Shown here piece by piece: positions 1 through 11,600 of a stretch of 64,000 nt of DNA. Under the pieces are notes generated by a model. That model worked only from the letters and a program-made list of their open reading frames with translations. It was not told where the DNA came from and did no database searches. Positions within the stretch are counted from its first letter, which is position 1. Each line of letters begins with the position of its first letter. A program made the position numbers and the translations under genes. The stretch comes from Marsupella aquatica (lineage: Eukaryota; Plantae; Marchantiophyta), in NCBI GenBank assembly GCA_973895155.1, contig OZ316895.1, positions 20,908,803 through 20,972,802 on the forward strand, in the 5' to 3' direction.

Positions 1-143
1 AATCTTTATCATCTATCTATCTATTCCAATGTGCAACTCTTCATGGCTCCAAATAGTTCATTAAACAAGCTTATTTAATCAACCGGTCTTCAAATTAATT
101 ATTGGAGTACCATTTGTTTGTGGGTTAAGAAGGTACTATATTT

Positions 144-880
144 TTTGTGGATTAAGAAAATTAACTCAGGTTAACTCCTTCACATTGATTCAATGAATAT
201 CATCACATCCACGGCCTAAGTCTCCCTCAGGGTAACTTTGACCACCTTTGGGGTTAGTTGACGAAGGGGTGGGTCAGGTGGTCCTGTCCTCCCATCCTAC
301 GCCTAGCCTAGCCTCTGTCTAGAGCCGGCCTGTCACTTTCCCAAATTAATTCTCCTGCTAAGAGTGGTCAAAGCCCGGTTTGACCTTGCCCGTCAAACTG
401 GGTGCTGGAGGCCGTCATACCGTCACACCATCATCCCGGTTGCCCGGGTACGGGTGGCAGGGTCGGGCCGGGAGTTAAAAGTGTTTGGGCCGGGTTCGGG
501 TGGGCTGGGCGGGGTCCAGGCAGGTCTGGGCGGGTTCAGTTGGGCCGACGTCCGGGCTGGGTTAGGTTGGGTTGAGTTTGGTTGGGTCGGGGTTGGGTCC
601 AGGGAAGTCCACGGCGGGTTTGGGTGGGTCCGGGCTGGGGTTCGGGCTGGGTCAAGCCGGGGTCTGGGGGAATCTGATGGAGTATATGTCAAATTGCACG
701 TTTTTTGGCTGTCATTTGATGGTTTTACGTGCCCGGTAAGCCGTCAACTTGCCCGTTAGGTTAAACCTGGGGTCAAAGTCATTTTGAGGGAGACTGACGC
801 TGCTCAATTACAAATCTGGATGCAATGATGACCATTGGATCTGAAGAAGCTAACCCAAGTTTATTTTCCTAACCCACAAA
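144..880. mobile_element. Foldback/MITE-like non-autonomous element with long imperfect inverted arms and a G-rich core
   Basis: 144-211 (tttgtggattaagaaaattaactcaggttaactccttca...catcca) is the imperfect reverse complement of ~818-880. gtctccctcagggtaactttgacc (220-243) pairs with ggtcaaagtcattttgagggagac (771-794). The core 470-670 is (GGG-N)n rich with no credible coding capacity. Confidence 0.6.
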
Positions 881-2621
881 CTAAAACAATGGCGTTGTGA
901 TATATCAAAAAAATTCACTAGCAAGATGTATTATACCAAAAAAGAATGACAACATAGTAAATCCAGTTTCTTAATGCCCTTATTGGCTTTTCCCTTTCTA
1001 AGTTTTGGCATACTATTGGAGAAGAATGCACCATCAAGATTTAGATCACATTTTTAGTAAGATTCTCTTCTACTCTTACTGAGATTAATAATAAATAAAT
1101 AAATATCTCTCTATCCTTTTAAGTGTATTAAGGTCAGGTTTCTAGAACATTCCCGCAATATTGCCCTGTTCGAAAACACTGGTGGATGGGCTTTAAATGC
1201 CTTTTGTGATTTTCACTTTCTAATTTTCAGTACATTAATTTGGAGAAAAGGGCACTTCTAGATTTGAATCCACTCTTTAGGAACATTCTCCTTACTTTAA
1301 TAATTAATCTCCCAAGCTTTTAAGTGTATTAAGGTCATGTTTCCAAAAAGTTGTGAACAATAATAGCCCCTCAAAATTAGTATTGTAAAGAATTATGTGA
1401 TTTTCTCTTGTATTTTTGAGCGCATCAATTCTCCAAATAGCCTCTTTTTTTTTAAAAGTGGATTATACAAAAACGTAAAGGTAGGAAAGGTAAAACCTAA
1501 GTATAGTTTTACCATATGAAACAAAATAACAAATTGTATCAAAGATAAAAAGATTTGTTTTATAACTTGTTTCATGTTTTTTACCAATTGCATATCAACC
1601 ATTCTTACACGGCCATTTAACTTGAATCTTTTACTTCATACATTCAGTTTTCTTCAAATTTTTACGCTAATATTTGTCCTAGTTACAAGCATTATGAGAG
1701 TAATGTACTTCACAACTCAGGCTATGCCCTCGTCTTTGGGTGCATTATGTCTCATAATGCCTATTCATAGAGAGTGACAGGTTGGGCGTAGAAAAAGCGC
1801 ACAACTGCACCTTTAGATCCATCTCATAGTTAAGAAAAAAACCATTAAAATCCAATGGTTATGGAGGCTTTTGGCAACTACATTTCATGAACAGACCATA
1901 GAAAGAAAGAGCAAGATTGCGGTGATTCTTCTTTGATGGGTCACTTCTAAAATAATCGAACAGGACCATTGAGTGCAGCAACAGATGAACAGAAAATTCT
2001 GATTTGACAAAAGTAAAAGAGAGCAGATACAATGATATTTGATCTGCATTCGCAACTGTTTCTGGTGATTAACATCAGCATCCATTTCATTTACTGCCAG
2101 GCATTTGAGCAAATCAATTGTAAAACAGTAGTCTTAAGCTGACAAGCGGAGGGAGGGTCCTAAATGAAACAGCAAGGATGGGACGCACAACTAGACAATG
2201 CAGATGGCGTAGTACCCATTTGGTAAGATCTAAGATCCACCACACCTTTCTGTTAGTGTAATTTCGAAAAGATTGGTTCCTGGCGTTCCCATGGTCAACG
2301 TTCCAGAGGGTAAGCTTTGTGGATCTAAAATATCTCCATCATCTCACAGATTGATTGATCTGTGGGCGACAGAAGCTACCTGAAACCTTAACACGACAGG
2401 CCAACTAGACACGTGTAAGATTGGGGAGTAATTTGCTCACCAGTCGTTCTTTAGAGGACTCGCATGTAGCAAGTTGTAGCTTCCCAAGAGTGAAGGATAC
2501 GTTACCCTCACCAATGAATCGGATCAAAAATTTATTGTGAAGACATGAAAACCCATCTTCTACTCGGGGGCTGTATGCCCAATTTGCAACAAATGTTATA
2601 CATGTACATAATATTTCCAAT

Positions 2622-5290
2622 TTAAGCAAAGGCTTTAGTAATATCCACTTGCAGGAAAAAATTAATGAAAAACCGAAGACCGTCCTCTCCATCATCGCGG
2701 CACAACAAGCCTGCATGACGGATCAACGAATCAATCAATGTCAACATCTACTCCTTATTGTCAATATTCAATCACCTCATTTGAACTTCTTGCACAAAAC
2801 TTACAGTAGGAGATGATAACGATGAACCAGTTACAGACCTTTATTCTCTGCCGCAAGGAGATGTTCTTTTGCAAGAGCAGGAGCTATGCCCAAAGACCTA
2901 GCAGCGTCACTGGCACTTATTCCCTGCCTCGCAGCTTCCGGTCTTTGTGCAAGGACCTCCAGCCGGGCGAACACCTGCTTAAGGAAAGAACAACAAGAAT
3001 GACAAAAGACTAGCATAATACAAGGTCTCTGAATTTGTATTGGGATTTGGATTTTGGGGCAGTACTGCATTATACAATTAATCGAGAAAATAATGTATTT
3101 GCCCCCACCTACCTCTTTATCTGTATGATTCTTGGATTGAATCACCATGACTCCACTGTCAAAATGCCGCATCATCACAGGCCTGCAGTCATCACAAGAC
3201 CAAAAAGTTATTCTAAATCCTCAAACACTAGATCTGCTGGCTAGAATTCAGCCCAAAAACAGAAGGCTGAGTTGGACATCAGATAATGTGTCCTAAATGA
3301 CGATGAGAAGTTAGTAAGGTAGACTTGAAACAGAAAGACGATTCCTTACACATCAAGGCTTGCCCATATTGCACATGCTTGAAGCAGATCCTCTGGAGAA
3401 ATTAACTCTATTGGCACGACATTGGAAGCACAGATAAGAAAATTGCTTCGGCAAGGAATAAACCACAATACATATTCGTTACAACATGCGAGTTAAATAT
3501 GTTCTCCTATTAATTCTCCCTGATATTGTTTTGGCCAGCTTCTTTACATATATTATAGATTCACTGTGTCGGAAGCCATCGTGTTTCCCAAAACACACAA
3601 GTTTAAAGAAAACAACGAACTTAAGGAAAATAATAAATAAGTTTGACGATGTCCTTTATGGAGTAGAAAAGATGTTTATCCAAAAAGCAGACGAACCCAA
3701 TATGGTAGCACACTAACCTGTTCCTCGGGCCCTATTGAAGAGGCAATAAGCATCCACCATTGCAAGCATACCACCGGACTTTTGCAAAGGAACTTTTACA
3801 AAGTCTGCAAGCTGTATGACATCAACAAGATTATGTTCTTAGAAAACCTCAATCGCTTTCATCATATATACGAAGTTAGGGAGGACTTCAGAGCTGGTAT
3901 CACGATTTGTCAGACCTTCTGAGATGAGCAATTGCGGCAGACAAAATCTGGGTAAGCCTTATCAATTGAAATGTGGTGGCTAGGCTTAAATCATGATAGA
4001 TCATGTAGGTTAATTTTGAAACGTCTCAAAACTAGCTCACATTATGTCCCTCAACTCCACTACAAGCTAAATAAGACGTGCACCTGGCGGGCCAGCTGCT
4101 GATGGTAGAGCGCACCAGCAGATTCCTTGGTAACTGGAGAAACTATACCAACACTGAGTAGCCAATCCTCAATTTCTTGTTTCCCCATTTCTCCTTCGTC
4201 CACGGAGCTTTGCTGAGCAGCTGGAGCTGCCAGCAACTTTATTCTGATTCTCTCGGCTAGACTAACCATTTCTTGCGCTTTGCCCTGTTCACCATGGAAT
4301 CTTTCAGGTTAACACTCACATCGACAACTAAATGCAATAGGACCAGCCAGTAATAACTTCAAAGGTGCCTCGGACTACACCGAGGCGTCAAAGAAACTCG
4401 AATAAGTTTCGCAAAACTTGAGAATCGCCAGCAAGTACGTACAGGGCCGTGTATAGCTGAGTTAATATGGTCAGCGAAGTTAAGGTGTTGCAAAAAAGAG
4501 GGTCACTGGTAGAGATTTTTGTTCCCATCAATGTCCATTACAGAGTAGACAAGCCAAGAGGAAAAGGAACCCACGAAACGGGGGTAAAAGAATTTTAGAT
4601 ATACAATTGAATTTGAGATTGGAGTACCATGAGAGCATTAAGGTCTTGAAAGGCGTCATGTAGATTCTTGTCGTTCTCCGCCCACTGCTTTTGTTCTTTG
4701 CGTAGAATTCCAGACACACCGGCCATTGCCGGATTTATTTTACGGACCGCAGGCTGCTGCTGTCCAGCATGACGCCCAGATGTACTAGTCTGCTCCTCTC
4801 CTCCCCCCGAAGATTGTGATGGAGCCTTAAGTTTGACGTCTGCCTCCCAAGCTTTGGCTTCGACTACTTCTCCGAGTCGTGAGATAAAGGATTCAGGAGT
4901 AGCCTGGCCCCGGAAAACCAAAGACAGACTGATGGATGCGTCACTGGCATTTGCTCCTCCAAGGGCGATCTTCCCATTGGAGCTCCACAACTGAATTCTT
5001 ATCCGTGGAGTGACAAACATGCTTCTGATGGACTTTTTGGGTGGGTAGATTTTGCACACGGCTGCGAGGGGAGTAGCTCCGGCGATTTTGGATTGCTGGT
5101 GCAGCCATATGATTCGGTGCGTAGTGAGAGTGACGACTCCTCCACGCAGGGAGTGAGTGTTGCTAGCCGAATCTAGCTGCATTTCGACGGCATCCACCAA
5201 CTGGCACTCGATCTCATTTGGTTGCAGCTGAGGCCGCCCTGCTCCTGTCAGCTGCACGGGATGGAACACCGCTGCCCACACCCCTTCCAT
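2622..5290 (-). CDS. VPS36: Vacuolar protein sorting 36 (ESCRT-II subunit, GLUE + winged-helix domains), 7 exons
   Basis: Motifs [94 protein letters not shown] exons 5290-4628, 4284-4084, 3811-3718, 3407-3350, 3182-3113, 2974-2839, 2710-2622 (TAA). Confidence 0.95.
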
Positions 5291-5524
5291 CAATCAATCA
5301 AACTCGTTCCTTCGTTTCCGTCTCTCCCTCTCAGAATTCCGATTGATTCAGCAGAAATCTCTCCTAGAATAGCTGCAGTGGAAACATACACAAAATTCAG
5401 CCCCTGGCTGCAGCTGCTCAACAAATGATTTACGCATCCATCTGCGCAGTGCCACGCAAGACGCCACATGAAGTGTCAAACGGACCAGAAAATGTCCATT
5501 CTAAGCGTTGTATAGAGCAAGGAA

Positions 5525-5554
5525 GGGGGGGGGGGGGGGGGGGGGGGGAGGGGG
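5525..5554 (+). repeat. Poly-G homopolymer (~24 G, plus a further G run) upstream of VPS36
   Basis: Directly visible run, ~235 bp upstream of the VPS36 ATG. Confidence 0.9.
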
Positions 5555-6709
5555 AAGTTCCTGATGTAACCAGAAACGATTTCGAAAAATAAAGCTGTAA
5601 ACCTAAGCAGCAATGAGGAGGACGTGTAAAATTCATTCTTCCTTTCATGACAGGCACAAACATTGCCAAGATAAAATCAGATGTCACATGTTATCGAGGA
5701 AACTGTATGAATTGTAGGATACTCTCTTCTGAGCCGTGACCCAGCAACAAGAGTTGCATGACCCCAATAAATACACCCCACAATTGCCGTCACATCACTA
5801 AGTGCCTTTACTTCTCCGAGACGGACAAAGCTCTACGATGACTCGCTTCTGTGCATAGACCTACCTGGCTACACATAGTTGCATGACCTAAAACACAGAG
5901 AAATTCATATCGCAATAATCGCCACCTCATCAATTAGAAAGGGCTAAGGAAACGACGTGTGTTTTCTCTACATCAATTTAACAAGCGAGGTGAGAAACGA
6001 AGGGCTTCGGTCGGCAGACGAGACAGACAGACAACACATACCAAACATCATCACAAACACTCCTTCAACACATCGATTGGAGTACTAGCTAAAGACGAGA
6101 AAACAGGCATCCTCATCATCGCATACCTTTGCAGAGTCTTTTGCCCTGTGGCTGCTGCTTCCGGAGCAGCAGTGTCCGTGGCAGACGGAGCCGGAGCAGC
6201 AGCAGAGGCCGTCTCCTCCGTCATCGCGAGTCCTCAACAATTCTCAAAGCTCCGCACAACCCTGTCGCAATACAAACGCAATTCTCTGGGATCTCTAGAG
6301 CCACCAGAGATCAGACTCGAGATCGCGCTGCAGCGCGATATTACAAAATGCAATCTGCGAGTCCGGACTCGACTCGAGCTGCTATGGAAGATCGAAGTGC
6401 GAAAGTCATGCAAGCAAATACAGTAGCTGGTGAGACAGAAACACGACATCGGCCGTCTGGTGCGGCAGCTGAATCTATTTCTCCAGTTTGAGGGAAATGT
6501 GAAATCTGCAATTTTGCTCTACTCTTACAAAACGATTCAAACTGGCCTCTAGTCAAGTTCATCAGGAGTTTACCCATATCTCTACCAGACTCTCTACCAG
6601 ACTTCAGGTAGGTGACACTGGCCTCTGGTCAAATTCCTCTGGAGTATACCCCATAGATTGACCAGACTTTTCAGTTTGCACATAGGTGACTTTTTAGTAT
6701 GGAGATAGG

Positions 6710-6815
6710 TGGGCTTTTGTGGGGTACTCTAGGGCTGTTTGGCAAGAAGAGGCTTTTCGTTTCTGGTTGTTGTTGTGGGCTTTTGTGGGGTACTCTAGGG
6801 CTTTTTGGCAAGAAG
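6710..6815 (+). repeat. Two-copy direct repeat (~67-bp period)
   Basis: gggcttttgtggggtactctagggc(t/g)tttggcaagaag occurs twice. Confidence 0.85.
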
Positions 6816-7131
6816 TGTCATTGCTGGGATTTATCTTTGTTGCTCCCCTTTATGGGCTCTCCTGTCTTTGGGATCCTGTCGCTCAATTGAGCGACTCTTT
6901 TCTTGGCAATGTGATACATTTAATGGTTGATGCAACCTGCTTACAAGTCTTGAGCATTACATATCACACTCTCAAAAATTACAGCTGATCAAGAGCTTGC
7001 ATATGTTACTCTGCATCGCTCCAAACACTCTCAAAAGTTACTATTGATCAAGAGCTTGTATTTGTATATCAACAATGATCGAAATAACAATTGCCAAGGG
7101 GTTTGCATTTGTTCATGAACGTAGTAAGAAC

Positions 7132-7240
7132 TTTGGAAAGTAAGAATTTGCATTGCAAATCAACACTCTTGGAAAGTAGGAGCTTTGGAAAGTAAGAGTT
7201 TGCATTGCAAATCAACACCCTTGGAAAGTAGGAGCTTGGG
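7132..7240 (+). repeat. Two-copy tandem repeat containing the near-palindrome tttgcattgcaaa
   Basis: ttggaaagtaaga.tttgcattgcaaatcaacac.cttggaaagtaggagct is repeated. Confidence 0.85.
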
Positions 7241-7494
7241 AGATTTGCAGGGTATTTAGACAAGAGCATTAGAGAATTGGATGTACAAAAAGACAACTCG
7301 TGGCCAGGAAGACACCTGCTCTCAAAACACTTCCGCAAAGATAGCACTCTTTCATTTAGATCCAGTTTCTGAGTTTTTGGGTCAGTGAGTTGCATGGAAC
7401 TTTACATTTGGAAATTCACCAAATTCTAATGGTATGATGGGAATGAAGGTGGAGTGCCAATTATGGGCGGGATAAGCTATACTTAATGACAGAG

Positions 7495-7628
7495 ATTCCA
7501 AGAATTGAGACTGGTTGGAGCCCTGGTCACTCCTTCAATGACATAGATTAACCAAGAATTGAGACTGGTTGGGGCCTTTAAGACATGAATTCCAAGAATT
7601 GAGACTGGTTGGGGCCGTGGTCACTCCG
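7495..7628 (+). repeat. Three-copy degenerate tandem repeat
   Basis: ccaagaattgagactggttgg(a/g)gcc at ~7498, ~7552 and ~7592. Confidence 0.85.
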
Positions 7629-8629
7629 TAGGCCTTCGAGTCAAGATATGAAGGTATGCTTCACTAGAAAAGTCTATGTCGGGTGCTCTAAATAGAGTAT
7701 GTCCACTCTACAGAAGAATGGCGATATCTGTGACAATGATGATGACCACCATTACATTCACTGCAAACAATTATCATACAGGACAAGAGATGTCCCAATC
7801 TTTAACAATGCACACGCGGATTCTTGATTTCCTGGCATCTCATCTTCAAGAGAAAGGTTTATCCTTCAGTTGCACTAGTGAGCTCTACAAAAGGCAGCAG
7901 CCCATTATGTTAATAGACTTCAACTCTTGAACCAAAATCCCTTGTTGCATGTTGTCCTAACGTTGGAGGTGGTCAGTACAGGACAAGATGTCTGTTCTAA
8001 AAGCGCAAGCCCAGTGCCGTCAACAAGGTTACACACAATGGTCCCATCAGCAAGTTCACAAAATCTTGCAACTTTGCACTGGAGAAGTTTACTAAATTTT
8101 GTACAGTAAACGAACTCCTGTGATGGAGTAAAAATTCTCTCCTTCGCCTATTTTCTGCCTAAGATCTACATATCGAGTCCTTACATTCGGAAATATGACA
8201 TGACGTGGGTCAACTGGCCGCTTTGCTATAAATGTTCAGAAACACGCTCAAATATATGCAGCTGAGGCAATAACAATGGTAATTGACTGCTTGTGATATT
8301 TGATAGCTGGAACCCACACCAAACTACACAATATATTACAGAGGCTCCCTCCAATGCGCCTCAAAGAATGTTATGATTTGAAAACAGCACAAGCATGGGA
8401 AGGAAAATGGACTCCACACGTGACAGTCGCAGGTTCCCTGTCGTCCCTAACCAATGTGCTTTTATTGGCGAAAGCCTAAGCAGAACAAACCCGTCCAGCC
8501 GACTCCAAACTGATCGCTCAAAAAGTCTAGGAGTCGAAAGAGCACAAGCTTCCCACTTTCAGCCATACTTTGCCAAGAATTCGAGCCCTCCAGTGAAATC
8601 CGAACACTACTTATCAAGTTCTAGTGTAT

Positions 8630-11600
8630 TCATGGAAGCTGAGGTGGTCCATGACGTCTCACGATAAGCTTGCCTGTTGGTGAAAACTTGATACCAAACT
8701 TAAGCGGAGGATGTCCCCTCTCTGCCCTGTCTTCATCATCCACCTCCAATAAATTTGTACATTGACTCTCCCCATCTTTGTCCCTAAGATCTGATAATTT
8801 TACAGTCCTCTTGTCGGTGGGGGATTCTCCATTCTCACTAACTGTTGTCTCATCTTCGGAACCATATACAAAGCTGGACGATCTAGCCAGCTTCTTAATT
8901 CTCTTTGTGGCCCTCAAAACAGTCGTTGGCTCTACCTGTTTGTTCACGACCTTCGCCCTTCTCCTCTTCACCTTCTTACCTTCTACATTCCGAAGGTCCA
9001 ACTGTTCTCTACTCTCTTCGCCAGCTGGGTCATTTGGACCCGAAGATGCAACTCCTCCATGGTAGGCTGTATCTACAGCGACACCCCTATCATTCGCGCA
9101 TGGAACTGCAAATTTTAAATGTACTGCATGCCCATCGATTGGTCGACCAGTGTATATCATTTTGCCTCGTCCTGGGGCCATTGTAGATGCCGCTTCTTGA
9201 GGTGATGAACAACTTCCATAAGGATTGCAAGAAGTCTCGTTCACAAAGGATACCTGCTTGCCTGAATTAGGCTTTGTTCTGACCTCCAAGCCGTGGTTCC
9301 AATCACCTACTCTACCGGGCACTAGAGCAAGTCGAGAAGCAGCGATGCCTCTGGGCTCTGAGAAATTTGTACTCAACTCCGGCCAGCCCCTCTCTTGAGC
9401 AATGGATCCCAAACAGAAGTTACACACATACTTCGATAACTTTGATGCAGCTATCCACCCTTTAACTCCATATCCTCTCCTATGCTTAAAGCATAGAAAA
9501 CAGAACGCCTTAGGACAAGAGCTGCAGTTCAGCAGACTTTGAGTATTCTCACACCAAAGACAGCGACGACTTCTTGGTGTTTCTCTTGCTATGAGCAACT
9601 GCTGTTGTATACTTTCGTAAATTAGCTTTTGATCTTCAAGTTTCATTTGTTCCCGGCGAACTACGTTGCTGGCAATTGATCGCAGGATCTCAAGTTGTTG
9701 TCTGAGTTCCGAGAACTTCGAAAATACCTACAACAGCCACAAACAAAAGAAAAATGAGCGGATGGTGCATAATGGCCTCGTCCTGTCCTTAGATTGAAGA
9801 CTTCGTACACGTCGTTTCCGATCATGTTTCATACCGCGATGGCCAGATTGACGTGTAGAAGGGTAAAGTGTCAATAAAACAAAATCTTGAAAGCGAAGCT
9901 GCGCTGGAGATTGCCGTGACAGTGCAGACAGCTTTGACCACAGCGCTGTCAAAGGAACGCAAAGGAACGCAAAGCAATGCTGAAACGAATCTTGGGGAAG
10001 GTGTCTGTTCTTACTGGATCACGACTAAGGCTTCGGGGACGCCTTGTTATGGGCATACGAGCCGGTGCATCATGAGCCACTGGAGGAAGAAAATCTGTAC
10101 GTCGATGCACAATTTTATTGAAGATTCCCTGCGACCTTGCAACCTGCAGCTGCAAATAAAATAGAAAGCAGTTGTCAGGGTCTTGTCATGGGCATGGATG
10201 ACCATTTTGCGCTTACCGAAACGATTTTCAATCAACATAGAGAAGGTCACGAGCTACCAACCTGTCTCAACTCATGTAGTATTGGACCCTTGGCCTTCAC
10301 ACGCTTTACTTGCCAAAATGAATACACCGCCTTGACAATCGGAGTAGGCGCAAGGTTTGTATCAAGAGCTTCAAGACTTGGAAATTTAAGTAACAAGGCA
10401 TCAGAGATGTATGCATCCCGAGTCACTGACTTGACTTTGGCCGCTAATATCACTGGGTCGACTTCACCTATATTACTTGTTGCCTTTCCAGCGTGATCCA
10501 CGTTCTCAAAGGTTGTCAGATGGCTTGAAGAGGCGGATGTTGCCGCAGACACAGCTTCAGATTCAAGTCTTTCCGCGTCAGAAGGGTCAGTTTCATCCAT
10601 GTACTGCGATACACCCTGCATGTTTTCCTTCAACATTGACCCACTTCTTGGCAGAGTCCTGGACACTCCGTGCACATCTTTCTCAGAAACTTCGTATGAC
10701 CTGGTGTTGGGATCTAGTGCAATTGGAGTTGCCCCTCCAGCACTTATGCCTTTACGGAATCTTCTGAAGTATCTTTTTTCTGATCGATGTAGTTTCGTCT
10801 TATTTGATAGAGACCCCTGCCACCCAGCTCCATTCATGATTGCATCTTCTGTGCCGTTGCCTTCATCTCCCATACTTCCCCGCTCAACATGTCTCATTTC
10901 TAGGGTGTCTGAAGATTCTGTAGACACCGATGGTAAGGGCTCCCCGGCATCATCAGTCTTACTTGGGGCATGATGAATTTCATCAACATTGGTTCCTGGA
11001 ACAAGTGTTGCATGGTGTGGACAGAACGATCGGATACCCTCCACTTGCTGTTTGGTATGCCGGAGCTGCAACAAAAAATTAGTGTTTTTTGAGTGAAACA
11101 TGTCCAAAAGAAAAATACCTGCAAACCTGTATGACAAACTTACTTTACAAGAATAACGTCTCCAGTATCAACGTCCCCAAGGACTGCGACAGACGACAAG
11201 AAGCTAACCTCAAATGACGCTCCTTGACTAACTCCACATGAGATATGAAATGGGGTCCTACACCCCCTCGTTGAGCATCGCACACAAGAGCCTTCTCTTG
11301 CCCCGCAGAGTCCACACCGTTCTCGTTGCTTTTTCACACGGGTTTCAACTGCTGCCAGTCCATCAACTGGTTCCATTGCTTCTGTATCAATGAAGAAAGT
11401 TTCATTTGTGTAGAGAGCACAAGCCACGTGTGCCCATTTCAAAGGATCCACAGTTGGCTTCATGGCACCTCCTGACTTGCAGCAGACGGCGCAACTGCAC
11501 ATCAGAAATACACTTCAGACTTTGCAACAGTGCAGAAATGAAACAGATGTAACGGTCATCCGAGGGGATCCTTCGAGCATGGACATCTTATCAGCACAAT

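Noticed and set aside
364-759. Gly-rich / Pro-rich ORFs on both strands
   Set aside because: By-product of the G-rich core of the foldback element; no protein motif.
5959-6577. Overlapping 70-155-aa ORFs
   Set aside because: Mostly non-ATG starts, with no recognisable domain or splice structure.
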